Below are positions 11,426 to 24,358 of a stretch of 64,000 bases of DNA, piece by piece. The DNA comes from Anthoceros angustus (lineage: Eukaryota > Plantae > Anthocerotophyta). Numbering within the stretch: the first letter of the stretch is position 1; every line of letters begins with the position of its first letter. The position numbers and the translations under genes are program-made. Below the pieces are notes generated by a model. It was not told where the DNA came from. It ran no database searches and saw only the letters and a list, made by a program, of their open reading frames with translations. The stretch spans positions 955,478 through 1,019,477 of the forward strand of contig MU008158.1 in NCBI GenBank assembly GCA_010909165.1. The letters are read 5' to 3'.

Positions 11426-12447
11426 ATGCCGACATATTTCGGGCAAACTATGTTTGGGGACGAGGAGTATTTCAAGACCCATACTCGCCAGCCGGAAGTC
11501 ACTGATATCTTCAACTATCCGGCGGAAGCATTTCTTAAGGAATTTACGAAAAAGGCTAAGGACAACAACCAGCTGGAACACATCAGAAGAAGATGCATTC
11601 CCGAAATCTTTACAAATGCAATGAACAAAGAGTTGAGTTTGAGAGAGATGGAGTCTGTTGTGAGGTATGTATGACTCGCTCAGGAAGGGGTTCATGACCT
11701 TTGTTTAAGTTGTGAGAACATGACATATAGTTTATCAGGAACTTTAACATGTTAAAGGGCCTCATTCATATAAGTGAGTTCACAAAATGTCTTCACCAGC
11801 TCCAAGGTACTGTTCCCAATTTTTGAACTAATTTCATCCAAGGAACTTATACAAAAAACTCTTTGTCTAATAGGTACTTGCAGTCACAATCTTGTTTAAT
11901 ATTTTAGTTTTTTGAACATTGTAGATGAAGAAATTGTGACAGATGAACCCGTACCTAGAACAGGTTTGTACAAAGAAACTTGCCCGTTTATATACGATGC
12001 ATAAAAGCTACTACACTATTTCAGCCTATTGATCCTTTTGTCTTGGATGAAAAATCGTTATTACACTCTGTTGGCTAATTAATTCATCTTTTTGTGTTAG
12101 ATTGGAAGGGGAGCAAAGAACCTCCGAAACCAAAATTTTCGAATCAACAAGTGCGTTTGTTTTTTTATACATAAACGATAAATTAAGTTCTATATATCTC
12201 ACATTATGACATATAGCGAAATCACATAACCTTCTGTTTGCAGCTTCGTACTGATAAAATAAAACACATTCGACCTGTTTTCTCTCCCTATGATGTTCAA
12301 ACTGATCCTTTGACTCTAAACCAAGAGTATGGATGGGATCTGGATGTACGACCATTAGAGAAGAAAGAGATATGGAGAGGAAGAAGACGGACAGATGTTA
12401 CTAAGAATGAGGGCATATGCTTAGATAGTTATTACGGTATGTTCTAG
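11426..12447 (+). CDS. 199-aa putative ciliary microtubule-inner-protein-like protein (degenerate EF-hand + PLTxxQEYGW motif), 5 exons
   Basis: Exons 11426-11664, 11739-11806, 11925-11963, 12101-12150 and 12244-12447 splice with GT-AG sites and matching phases (2,1,1,0) into a 600-nt stop-free CDS. Motifs: YFGQTMFG, ...GLIHISEF..., LRTDKIKHIR...PLTLNQEYGW...RRTDVTKNEG. Confidence 0.75.
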
Positions 12448-12524
12448 TTGACACACGCTCTTGCACATTTCTAGCAAATGAGTAGGTTGAGGATTGTTCT
12501 ACTCGTGTGGAAATGCGAGTGAAA

Positions 12525-12760
12525 GTTTTGTTGGATATGAGGACGTTGAGTTGAGATGAAAGCACATAGCTATTCCTATGTAACATTTTTGTAAAAAATT
12601 AGTTATCGTACAAAATTTCTATTCTTTTAGATGTTGGTTGGTCTTTTGAAGTTTTGTTGGATATGAGGAAGTTGAGTTGAGATGAAAACACATAGCTATT
12701 TTTATGTAACATCTTTGTACAAAATCCCTATTCTTTTAGTTGTTGTTTGATCTTTTGAAA
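12525..12760. repeat. About 126-bp imperfect direct duplication
   Basis: gttttgttggatatgagga(c/a)gttgagttgagatgaaa..cacatagctatt occurs at 12525 and 12651. Confidence 0.85.
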
Positions 12761-13432
12761 TTTAATATATTTTATCGTACTTCATTGAACACCTATATAC
12801 CATTTTCATAATATGAACTAAATAAGGTTCAGCAAAAGTGTAAAAAACATCTCAAACTTCTAAAAATTTCACAATCTATTGATCAACAGGGAATAACAAG
12901 ATAAAGAATGTTAAAAAGAAAGAGAAAAACAAGAAACATATCTTAATTAAACCACAATAAAGGAACCTCTATAATACAAAACTAGTCATATACAACTCCT
13001 AAAATATAGGAAAACTTACATTCAACAAGTCTATGACATAGATAAGAAAGACCACTAAATCGTTCTCTTTGAAGAAGTTTGGAAAATCAAGATTTATGAA
13101 ATAAATTTATTTAAAATTTAATTAAATAAAATTAATGAATTATAATTTTAATAACAAAGATTTCACTTACAATGTGAGTGGCCTACAAAGCGGCTAATCA
13201 CTAATATGGATGCAAGCTATATACTAGATAGGTAAAAGTAATCATGGACTGGGCTCCAAATACATAGGTATGCATCGGACCCAAACTATAGGGTGATAGA
13301 TGAGAACTGGATGTCTGTAATATCGAAAGCTTCAAAGATTGACTCTCAGAAAATAGGAGATTGATGTTGCCGCGGTAGTCTGGTCCCAACCCTTCGACAA
13401 AGTTGGAACCTTGTGTTTAAAATCTAAGAGCC

Positions 13433-16400
13433 ATGGCTCTTATGCTGCCTATACAAGAGAGGGACAAGGCTGATGCAGATGTCCACCTGCCGAGTGTATC
13501 GGCAATCGGAAGCGAATTCCACTATAGAATGAAGCCTTTGTAAGCTACCCAGACAAAATTGTCGTAAATCTTGATAGGATGCACGACTGTTGATGTCAGC
13601 AAAGAAATGTGGAACAGACTCTCTTAATTACCATACCTATGCCAACTTGATGGTGAGTGTGTATATCTGTATCTGCGTTCCTTTGCGAAGGCATGCGTTT
13701 GGATTCTGCGGTATACATGGCAAGGGCTCTCAGCTTGCCTGCATCGATGACGACACGATAGCGTTTGCGATAGGTTGCAAGCTAGCCGTGTATCGGTGGG
13801 TACTCTATCCTCTTGGTATTGGAGTTGCAAACGTGTTCTTTACGTCTCTGGAACTGACCGAATGGTGCTGCTCTCAGAATTGCTAGCAATGAAATGCGAT
13901 TTGTGACGCTCGGAAGCTCTACTGAGGTATCTGCATTGTCTTCCATGTCAGGCAAGTTTCTGGCAGGAACACTTGCTTTTGTTTTCTCTTGATTCTCTAA
14001 ACTTTGGTTTTGTTTTCTCTTGTGGGTGTAGAAAATTCTTTACATAGTGGCATCCCCCTCACGGAACCTTCTAGGTGTTTGTGAAAAAATGAGGAATGCT
14101 CCGAGTCAGGTAGTTAAAGAAGCTCCATGTTTGCCTATGTACTAAAAATAGCCCTCTTAGCTTTGGGGATGGAAATCCGTCGCTGCTGCAACTCAGGCGG
14201 AGGGGGAATCTCGTTATTGCATTTGCATCACTCATGGAATTGCTGGTCTTCCAGGTATCCATTGTTAGTCTGACTAAATATAGGAAGGTGCAGACGCTAA
14301 TACCAGGTCCAGATGTGGTTCTCAATGGAGGTACATATCTGTGGAAAGCACATCATAGTGTGCAGGAGTCTTTCTGCAGGCTGAAAACAGCCAGGGCCTT
14401 CATGGTTGGCATTGAAGTTGTGAAGGATTTGTGTTCACAGATTTTCAAAGTTGTGGATTTTCGAAGGATGAGGCATCTGTGGTCGCTGCGCTGAACAGGG
14501 AGGAATCCTATCTTGTGTGCTGGCATCGAAAATCAGGCCATGTAGGCAAATTCTTTTTCAGTAAGGAGAATGATTGGATGCTTGAGCCACCCACCATGCA
14601 CTCCACGACTTAACTAGATGACCTGCACGATGCCTGCAATGAGATGGAATTTCATATGGGTATCCATCATGCACCAAGAGATGCCGAGAGAGTGATCTAT
14701 GATGCTAGCATAGATTCATCTGTTTTAGTTTCTTGCTTCTAGTGCTTTTGAGACGAGTTTGTATCAAGCTGACAAAGTTGCGCTTCTTGAATGATGAATA
14801 TCGTAGATAATGGCGAGCACCATAGTACCCTTGGACATTACTGGTGTATCAATAAATCCTGACAAAAATGAAGAAGTGGCAACACATGGTACAGTCAGCC
14901 TGAGATTGGTTCGCTTTGTGTGTGTGAACCACTTCTGGTGGGCTGGTTGTGTGTTTTCCTCAATGAGTTGTTCCCATCAAAGTATGCCCCTTCAACTGCC
15001 AACATGCTACTTTTCTGCATACCGTGTGTGTTACAAGGTTGTCCCATGCTGACACAGGCCCAGGGCACTTCAAGCTTTGGATTCCTGCCAAGCAGTATTC
15101 CTTGAAGGATGTTGGGGTGCAAGGTCTGCAGGGCAAGTATTTGCCAAAAGTCACGTTCACGGATCACTGCTGGTTGCCAGGTGGAATTGTGGCCGTAGCG
15201 ACTGTGGAAGGAACAATATTTGTGCTTAAAGAGGGCACACTCCAGATGGTATCCACTTCCCCACAGAATTCTAGTCCACATCTACCTGTATACTGAAGAA
15301 TGTATTGTGGTCAGCCCATTATGAGTCAGAATCAAAAGACATCAATGCAGTGCTGTGGATTACAGTGCTTACGGTCATGTAATTGTTGACTAGAAAGTGG
15401 CTGAGACAGGGCATATACTTTGTCTATGTGCGACCAATCATGGTTGTTTGAGTGCCAACGTGGATGGAGTCCTTGCGAAGCATTCTTGTGTTGAGATCAC
15501 AGATGTTCCCGCTGAGGTAATGGTATGCTGGACTGTTTCTTGCCACAAGAGGCTCTTCAGCTACATAATTTGCTCACAGACTCGATATTCAGCTGTCTGT
15601 ATGTTCATATTTTGTGCATGTGGAGTTTCAGATCAAAGGCAAGTTCAATTTGGAGTGGAAGACTACTGTAATCCAAAGGTGGTTTTCTGATCACTCAGTC
15701 TCTCTGCTTTGTCAAACTGGGGTATATTGTGCTTTCTGCCTTGAGGATAAAAGAAAACAATGAGGAAGTCTGCTGGAGATCTGCAACAGTCGTGCTAAAT
15801 GGTTCCCTTTATCAGTGGGTATGGGCAGATCACAACCATTGCAGTCTCAGCCAAACTCAAGAAAATCTTCTACGTTGTAGAGGTAATGACAATGATCATG
15901 TGACTATAGAGCTTGAGGAGCCCTTTCTTCCCTCAAAGTTTCAGTACCAGTATGTTAGTTAAACTTTGGACTTCTGTCCCACTCATCGAGCTAGTAGCCA
16001 TCTGGTGCAGGGGGGAGAAGTTCGTCGAATCTGCGTTGATGACATTGATGATAATACTATCCTCATTGAGGACAAACTTCCTGTGTCGTCCAAAATATGT
16101 GGTACTGCTCTGCAGGAAATCATAGACTGCAGGCTAATGATTTTTTGGCGGCATTTGGTCCTGTTACCTTGCTTCACTGGTCTTGGTTTTCATGTGCTAC
16201 TGCTTTGTGATTTCCTGCAGCCTTTAATCTAGGAGCTGTGCATGGGATGGACATCTGTGAGCAGCACCAAATATTGGCAACATGTGCGTCGGATAGGGTT
16301 GTACGATTGTGGAGCTACAGTCGGATGACACTAGAAATTTCACACCCGTTAAGTGCTAGAGTTTTTTGTTTCTGCCAACTTCTCCCTTGTTTTTTGTGAT

Positions 16401-19400
16401 CCCACTCGAAAGCTAATGGTGAACCCTGTGGGTCCTGTCCCTGCAGATCGTTCCTTTCTGACGATTGTGAATACCTACTTACAGATGTGACTTGGAACCT
16501 CTTTGCGTTGCTTTGAACCCATGGGGTTACGAATTGCTGGTGGGATTGCCTCGGACTGTTTCTGTCTTCCGAATCATGGCTACCAAGTATGCATGCCTAG
16601 ATATCCTTCTTGTCCATGGTTATGAAGTAGAGTCCAATTGTTATGACATTACTCCTGCAATGATGTCCACTTTCCATCACAGGTTGGAGCATTTTCGGGA
16701 TGTCCCTATAACACACTGCCATATCATAAGATTTAGTCCCAGTGGGCATCTTGTGGCTTTTGCAAGCGGGAGGAACATTTACATTCACTCAGCCTTCACA
16801 TGGAAATTCATTGCAATGCTGAAGGTGTCTATTGTCCTCCAGTTTTGTGTCTTTTGAATCTTTTGGGAGTCCAGGGACTAACCTGTGATTCCTCTTATCA
16901 TCCAGGGTCATCTCAGTCTTGTCACTTCATTGTCCTGGTCAGCTGATTCTATCTACCTGGCAACTGCTGGTAATGATGGTGCAATCTACATCTGGTTCAT
17001 GGATGGCTGTCACCGAGTTCAAGAGTGTGTCCGGAAGGGATCCAATTACACAAGCATTTTATTCGATCCTCTACGGGAGTCTGTAGTTTCTTGTGGTCAG
17101 CAGCTGCCATTAAGAGTGATGGACACAGACAAGAAACAAGCAAGATACATTCTGGAAACATTTTCGAACACCGATTACTTAGAGAAGAGTAGCACTGTGC
17201 AGGGCAGCAGTGCAGCATTGGGAGGAAGACGGAAAACAGAGATTGTGGAGGCAGGAGAAGGTTGGGTGCATCATATTTTCAGGGCAAACATAGTGTTCGA
17301 ACTCCCACTAGCAAAACCTGTTGTCCATCTTGCTGGTCTCTTCAGGAAAGGGTTGATTGTGACTTCCACTAGTGATGGAGAACTTCGTGCAAGCATGTAT
17401 CCCTTGGCAAGAGATATGAGATCTCCAGTTGAGGAATTGCTGCTTCATTCAGGTGAAACTGGTTGCTTTTTATGTTGTGTTCTTTCCCTCTTTTCTTCTG
17501 GGACATCGTCAAAAATCTCGTGAGAGGTCTGTAAGTAAGTTTGTTTCTTCATGTGTTCATGCTCTATTCCACAGGAGAAATTACTTCCTTGATCACAGAT
17601 GAGAAACGGAATCTAATATTCACCAGCTCTGCACAAGGGGCCGTCTACATAAGTAGTTTGATTCAAATATCTTCAAACCCAGAACTTGAGAGCTCGGTGC
17701 TACATGCTGGTTCAAGCGAAGCTGTTGATGGTATCACTCAGGATTGCCTCCTTGTGCTGAGGACAGAGTACGATGAAACGATACGGGTCGAACAGGCAAT
17801 GATCTTCTTGACGTTGGAGATACTGAGAGCTGCACATTGTATCTTCCAGGTCCAGGTCTGGAGGCTTCGGTGTTGACTGTCTTTGTCTTGTAAAACAGGA
17901 ATTGAGGATGAACTTGGAGAAAGAAAGACGTGATGCACCATACAAGCAGCGTGTGTTAGAGCAGCAGTGGGTTATGAAAGTAAAGGCAAGAGAAGATAGG
18001 TTGCACGCACTACAAGACTTGCACAAGGAGGAAGTAAAGCTATTGGAGCGGGAACAGACTAAGATGCAGAAGGAGATGGAGAACACCATGAAGGAACTTT
18101 TAGCGGATTCACAGAAGAATTTGAGGCAGCTGGAGGATTCTTTTGGGCAGAAGGTCTTCTCCTTGCAATTTTCTTTGGCTCTTGGGTGCATCGTTATGCT
18201 GTGAATGATGCTGAAGGCATGTACGAACAGGTGTGTAATGAAGTGAAAAGAGCAGATCAGTTCAAGATAGACCATGATCTGGAGCGAGAAGTATGGAGAA
18301 AAGAACTTGAGGATGAAAAACACAGGCATGTAGCTGAAATTGAGGGAGTGAAGCAACAGTTTGAAGTGGTCAAGCTTCAAGCGGAACTGCAGGTCAAAGA
18401 GGCACAGAAGAAATGTGAAGAGGAAATCAAGGACTACAAGGTGTCGGAGCAACACAGTTGTCATGTTGTAGCCGATATCAGCAGCTGTACAGCTTGATTT
18501 GATTTTTGGGTGCACGTATCCTGCTTGTGTGTCAGCTTATTGTGTTTGCCTAGTGCAGGGTTTTATGGAAGAAGATCTTCTTATTAATGAGGAAGAGTTG
18601 CAAGCTAACTTCATGCACCTTAGAGAATATATAGAAGTAAAGGAAAAGCGGGTTGATAGAGTGCGTGAGGAGATGCTTGTCGAGAGACGCAATAATAACA
18701 AACTTCAGCAACAGATTATATCTTTGCAAGATATGTGCAAGTCACAGGACGTCACCATCACGGACTTGGAAGCAGAAGTGACAAAACTGCAAGACATGAT
18801 CATCCAAGCTGAGCAGAGGACCAGAGCAGTGGATGAGATATTCTTACTTACTGACGTTCACATCAAGTCCCTCCTTTCACAACATAAGGAACAAAAGACC
18901 ATGGCTCTTGTTCGGGAAATGCAGATAAAGGAGGTTAGGAATGTGCTACCAGGGATTGTTACTTATTAACAGTGGCTAATTGTTTTTCAGCATTTGTATA
19001 CCTTGAACTTCATCTTCCGTATCTTGAGCTTGGACTTGCATATGTGTGAGCTCGCAGCTAAGGAGAAAGGAAGAGCCCCTGGAGAAGGAGCTCGGAGCAT
19101 TGAGATCTGATATGCACCAAATGGAGAGGTTACAAATATTGCATACGAGGAAGCAAGCCAGGAAAGATGAATTTGCCAAAGGGTTGAGGGGCAGAATCCA
19201 GATGCAGGATAATCAGATACATCGCCTGACTCTTATCTTGCTCGAAAAGGAACGGTACATGGATGTGTTCACAGAAGCACTTTGCCGCATAGTATGTGAT
19301 CATGATGTCTCAGAGTGGCCTGAGCTTACGAAGAACCTCTTCATGGCTTATGTCAACAATGATACACAATTCGCTGTCCAATCTGGGCTGGAATCACGGA

Positions 19401-21641
19401 CGGAAATGATGCACCAGAGGTAAGCCCAGCAGGAGGCATCCACCAAACTGACGGGTCAATTATTTTTGGCACTGCTGAAGCGTTTATTCTGTGCAGGCAA
19501 ACCCTGGAGAACTATCTGGCAGTGTTGAAGGATGCAGCTGAGCGAAGTGAAGCACGGCATTTTAAGGAGACGCGGCATTATATGCAAGACAACCTGAGAT
19601 TGCTAAGTGACTTTGCTGATGCCAACCGAAATGTCAGGCGTTTGGCGTTTGTGGTTCAACACCTGCAGGTAATTCTCGAGGATTGTTTGACACTCGGCTG
19701 ATCCGAAGATTCGGAACTCATTTCCTGCATCCCTTTTGGGTGCAGGGGGAAGTTTCCTACTACAGGGCGATAGCTGCCAGGAGTAGCCGTGACGCCACAT
19801 CCAAGTTTCGGGTTCAATTCAGCCGCCTCTCTCAGGCTCCTAACTTTGTGGGCACACATTCTAGAACTTCTTCTCAATCATCTCCAGACAGACAGTCCAT
19901 AACTCCTTTTCCCTCTCAGCCTCCCTCACGCATGTCTGGGCAGATACCCTCCCAAGATTCGAGTCCCTCCAGATCCTCCTCTCCCCAACAACCTGCGACC
20001 AGCAAGGGGTCATCAATATCTGGATTTTCCTCTCCTCAGATGACTAGTACTCGCGGGTCGTCACCTCAGACTGCGTTCTCTCGGTTAACTTCTCCTGGGC
20101 TCTTACCACCGTCCAGGGGGTCATCTCCTGTTGTAGCAAACTTGGCACAGACTCCAGTACAGGTGATAGACTCCAGAACCGCCCACTCCCCTTCTAGAGC
20201 CTCTGATATTACTGCCCGATCTGGAGAGACCAGTCCTGAATCGTTATCACCCAAACGATCCGAATCTCATATTTCATTTGCTGACTCGGGTAATCAAGAA
20301 AAGGGGATCAATCCTCCCCAAGATGTGACCAACCAAGGGGAGGTCAAAGCAACTGGGCCTCCCCAAGGACCTGCTCTCGAACGACGGCGAGGTTCCAGTC
20401 CTGTGGGCGAGATACTGAAGAATTTGTACATGGTCGCCCCCAACCAAGCAAAACGACTGACAGCGATCTACAGAAGAGGCCAGTCTGTACCCGGTCTGAT
20501 CCCTGGCCGAAAGTCCATAGACATTCCTCGATCTAAACCAGTGATTGCTGTTCGAAGACCCAAGTCCGTGAGTGGAGAATCCACCGAGTCCCTACTCGCC
20601 AGGATAAGGCAAGCAAAGATGGAGCTAAAACAAAAGCAAGAGGAGATCAGGCAATTGCAATTAGCTCTGAGTATGGTTGGCACTGAGTGCAAGGAGAACG
20701 AACCTCGGAATAGGTCCGCGAGTGCAGACTTGAGCCAAGCACAGCCAGCTTTCAGAACAGATGACTCTGCTTCAGCAGTGAGTACAGCTGACGGACTGCA
20801 GCCCGAGGACGAGTTATCTGCCTGGAGCTCACCAGAAAGTCAATCTGGTCTTGTTGGAGAAGCGGGAGCTGGTGCTGCTAGTGGTGTCTCGCCACTGGAT
20901 CTTGCAGGCGTACCTCCAACAGGCATTGCAGCAAAGAGGGCGAGTGTCATGGCTTCTGCTGGCCCTCCAGATGCTTCAGCAGCCAGTCTTGCAGGAGGAG
21001 CAGATACGGTTGCAGCTGTCCCAGGAAATGGGGCCCAGGTACCACCAACTCAGACAGCAGCAACGCCAACAGCAACACCTGGTATATCTCCGACGCCACA
21101 GACATCCGCCATGGAACCTTTGGCGGCAGCTACATCCCCTTCCCCACCATTGAGCACCCCTGCAGTTGAGCCATCTACAGCAAGTCCCAGCATAGCATCC
21201 TTAGAGGGGAGCGCAGCCCCAGGATCAACATCAGATAAACCAGAAGGTGAGGCATCAGGAAAACCCAGCAGTTCCTCTGCCACATTGGCTGCCCCAGGAA
21301 AACGCACCAACGTGTCTTCAGCACCTATGGCCACAGCACCGAAACAGGGACTTCCCTCCCCACAGGCTGCAGGTTCAAGTAAGAGCAGTAGACCCACCCC
21401 AGCAGCAGAGGCACCAAAGAGGCCTTCAACAGAGTTTCCCCCAAGAAGGAAATCATCGGCCTCTCCAACTCCCACAGATGCTCCAAAAAGATCCATCAGC
21501 TCCGTGACTGCCGACACAAGAAAGTCTGGAGTAACCATATCCCCAGCTGGTTTTCCAATCGACGTTACAAGAACATACAGGAAGTCTACTCCCTCGGTTA
21601 CGGACACGAAAGTGGATCCAGAGACCAAGAAAGACAAATAG
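13433..21641 (+). CDS. CFAP57: Cilia- and flagella-associated protein 57 (WDR65) ortholog: WD40 repeats + coiled coil + long Ser/Pro-rich tail; many exons
   Basis: RHAFG...DDDTIAFAIG N-terminus; EPLCVALNPWGYELLVG...CHIIRFSPSGHLVA...LKGHLSLVTSLSWSADSIYLATAGNDGAIYIW matches the CFAP57 second propeller. Coiled-coil exons at about 17900-19670; terminal exon runs to 21641. Exact exon map of the 5' half is uncertain. Confidence 0.85.
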
Positions 21642-21913
21642 CTTGCCTACAGCTTCTGTGCCCCGGAATAGCATCAAGCAGTGATCAGGTGGCCACTAAA
21701 CTGCATCGACGCCAACCCATCCTCTGTCACACAATTGCTCACTCATTCTAAAATGGTAGGCCACTGGTAAGATACTCAACTGCCCAACGACGAGTGTGAT
21801 GTTTCCTGCTTGGAAGTCAGCTGACTGAAAGAGGAGTGTGATCTTTCGTGCTTGTGAGGAATCTGGACGATCAATATCGTACATTTGCACATCCCTGTGG
21901 ACAACATTCCCGA

Positions 21914-23328
21914 CTATCTCTCATGGGAAGAAGAAACTTTAGGACCAATTCCGCAGTATCTCTTTGTAGCTGTGCCGTCTTCGACCCTGTGAGGCAAGAG
22001 AAATAGCCATGAGATGTTTACATGGCAAGCACGGAATCATGCACGTCCAATTTTCTTGACGAGTAAAATCAAACTACCTGTCTAAGGGTACGCCTTCCTC
22101 CACATCAGTAGCTGCAGGCTGCCGCCTGCTGAGCAGAAAAACCTGCTCCTCCAGCTGCACCGCCTTCTTCTCCAACTCTTCAGCCCGCATCTGTTTGCAA
22201 GCAGCAAACATGAGTGACAAACAGCCACCCCCGCCACCACCCTCACTGCCCAAATGCTGCCACACATACCTTCAGCGCAGCAGCTTCAGACTTAGCTTCC
22301 TCTATGGCCCTGATGAGACCCGGGCCATCCAGCGGCAGGTGCAGCGACCCGACCGAAGCCTGCTGGTTCCTGTTGCTGAGAAGGGAATAGATCCGGAGAG
22401 TCTCCAAACACTTGGCCCCGGACAGCCGCAACTCCTCCTCGTACTTGTCCATCGCCGACTGGGGCTTGAACAAGCAGAGATACACCGGATACCCCATCCG
22501 AACCCAGAAATGCGAGAAGACGAGATTGCACACGCAGAAGGTGAGAAAAGCCCGCCCCGCCACCGCCTTCTGCTTCCCGTCGGCGTAAGTGGTGCCCACC
22601 AAGAGGTATATGACGAACGCCATGATGCTGTACTCGCTGGTGTGACGGAACTCGGTGGTCACCACGAAGTCCGTCTGCGCCCTGAGCCGCACCGCCAGCA
22701 GCAGGATGAGCGAGAAATAGAGCGGCGGCACCAGCAGGAACGCCGCCAGCTTCCACCTCGGGTCCTCGATGACGCACCTGTTCCCCCTGCAGCAGGAAGG
22801 CAGGCAAGCACACGAATGGGTCCGACCTAGCACCAGCCAAGCTCCACCCACGACAGGAAAGCGGGTCGGGTCCTGGAATTACCGCATCCCCAAGCCCGAG
22901 AACTTGGTGGCCGCGGCGGAGAAGGCGATGGCCGGGGCCAGCAGCAGCGGCACGTACCTCCCCCACACCACCCGGCTGCTCAGTGTTTCCAACCTGCTGC
23001 ACAGAAGATAGAGGCGGTGCAGCCGGACCGCCAGGCACGCCAGCCACAGGCAGAAGCCGAAGCAGAGCTGCAGCCAGTACGTCCACAGAGCACAGCGGCC
23101 CAGCAGATGCTGCCGCTTGAAATGCTGGTTCACCACGAACGTTGCCGCGATCCATATCAGCCCCGCCGTGGAGCTCCCGATGATTAGGTCCACTCCCTCC
23201 ACCCGGAAGTAGCGCCGCTTCCGGTAGAGCAAGATGACGGCGTTGGCCAGCACGAAGGGCACCCCGGCCAGCACCGCCGCCGAGAACAGCGCCCAGTCCC
23301 CCCATTTCTCCGGCCCGTCTGGATCCAT
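21914..23328 (-). CDS. Seven-TM protein resembling the membrane domain of plant 7TM-RGS1, lacking the RGS box; short C-terminal coiled coil; 4 exons
   Basis: Exons about 23328-22881, 22788-22270, 22191-22079 and 21987-21914. RCALWTYWLQLCFGF, RLHRLY, NRCVIEDPRW, PLY, GRAFL parallel recalled RGS1 segments YCYLWAVWIEGPLGF, QAFQLY, DKCHMGLQW, ALY, SRFVL. About 7 hydrophobic stretches. Confidence 0.7.
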
Positions 23329-23657
23329 CCCGACACCGGTCCTGCTCCCGGAGCCCACACCTACTGCTCCCCCTGCGTCTTCATCTTCACCCTGCCCGTG
23401 GGCAGAAGCATCTCGCACACCACGGCTCGGGCGCGATCGACTCCCTGGGACCTGGCATTCGCGCAATTCCTCTTGCCCCCGACGCCCAGCACAAGCACAA
23501 GAGAAGATCGGATCATCCCGGCCCGGCGATCGAGTCCCGATCCCGATCGAGTTAGTACTAAATTAATACTAATAGGGAGAGGAGATTTATGTAGGAGGAA
23601 GACATGGGAAATCCAAATCCCATCTATCCTCAAACGAAGGGGAACAACCAAAAGAGA

Positions 23658-24060
23658 CTAGCCCTGCGATCGGCCAGAGGCCCGGGGGACTCGCCTCGCG
23701 ATCGCTCACAAGACTTCCCCGTTTCAGAGAAGAAATGGCAAGAGAGAACAAACTGCATACACCTAGCTGTCTTGGGGTATAGGGCCAAGGAGGCACCGGG
23801 GACAAAGAGTCTCAAAGCCTTTACCGCTAAAAACTGTCCGCACATACAAAGTTTTAGCTCTGTATGGCAAACCCGAACAGATCGACCAAAAGATTCGGCG
23901 GGGACAGACAGTCTCAAGCCTTTACCGCACATACAAAGTTTTAGCTCCGTATCCCAAACCCGAAAAGATCGACCAAAAGATTCGACACAGACCCGGACAT
24001 AAAAGTTCTAGCTTCGTATGGCAAACCCCAACAGATCGACCCAAAGATTCTGCAGCGACG
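23658..24060 (-). mobile_element. Probable non-autonomous Helitron 3' end with subterminal tandem repeats
   Basis: Minus strand gcgatcg-cgaggc...gcctc-tggc-cgatcgc-aggg-CTAG|T: a GC-rich hairpin followed by CTAG and a T. Three imperfect 68-87-bp repeats (cacatacaaagttttagct...gatcgaccaaaagattc) at 23840-24060. 5' end not identified. Confidence 0.5.
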
Positions 24061-24358
24061 GCACTGGCAACGCACCTGAGTAGTGCCCGCACCTCCCAAA
24101 TTTTAGGAGAGAGAAAAACACAAAATAAAATAAAAAAGAGAAAAAAGAGAGGAAAAAAAAAAAAAAGGAAGGGCAAGGAATCCCGCCCTAAAGAGACGCA
24201 AATAACAATAGCACAATTCCGAGAGATACACGAACAGCATAGGCATACGCAGGTGCAGCACTTGCCACCTCAGCGTGAAAGCTATTGCTTCGTCGAAGCG
24301 ATGAAGCGATAGTTATGGACTAGGTTAGTAATCCATGCTAAGCCATCACAAGTGTCAT

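Noticed and set aside
13940-14040. Possible GC-AG or other non-canonical donor in CFAP57 (ag|gcaagt)
   Set aside because: The exon boundary cannot be fixed without transcript data.
17712-18515. 267-aa minus-strand ORF
   Set aside because: Antisense to the coiled-coil exons of CFAP57.
22292-23305. 337-aa alternative-frame ORF over the 7TM gene (and a 211-aa antisense ORF)
   Set aside because: Gly/Ala-rich by-product of high GC3; it reads through an intron and has no recognisable domain.
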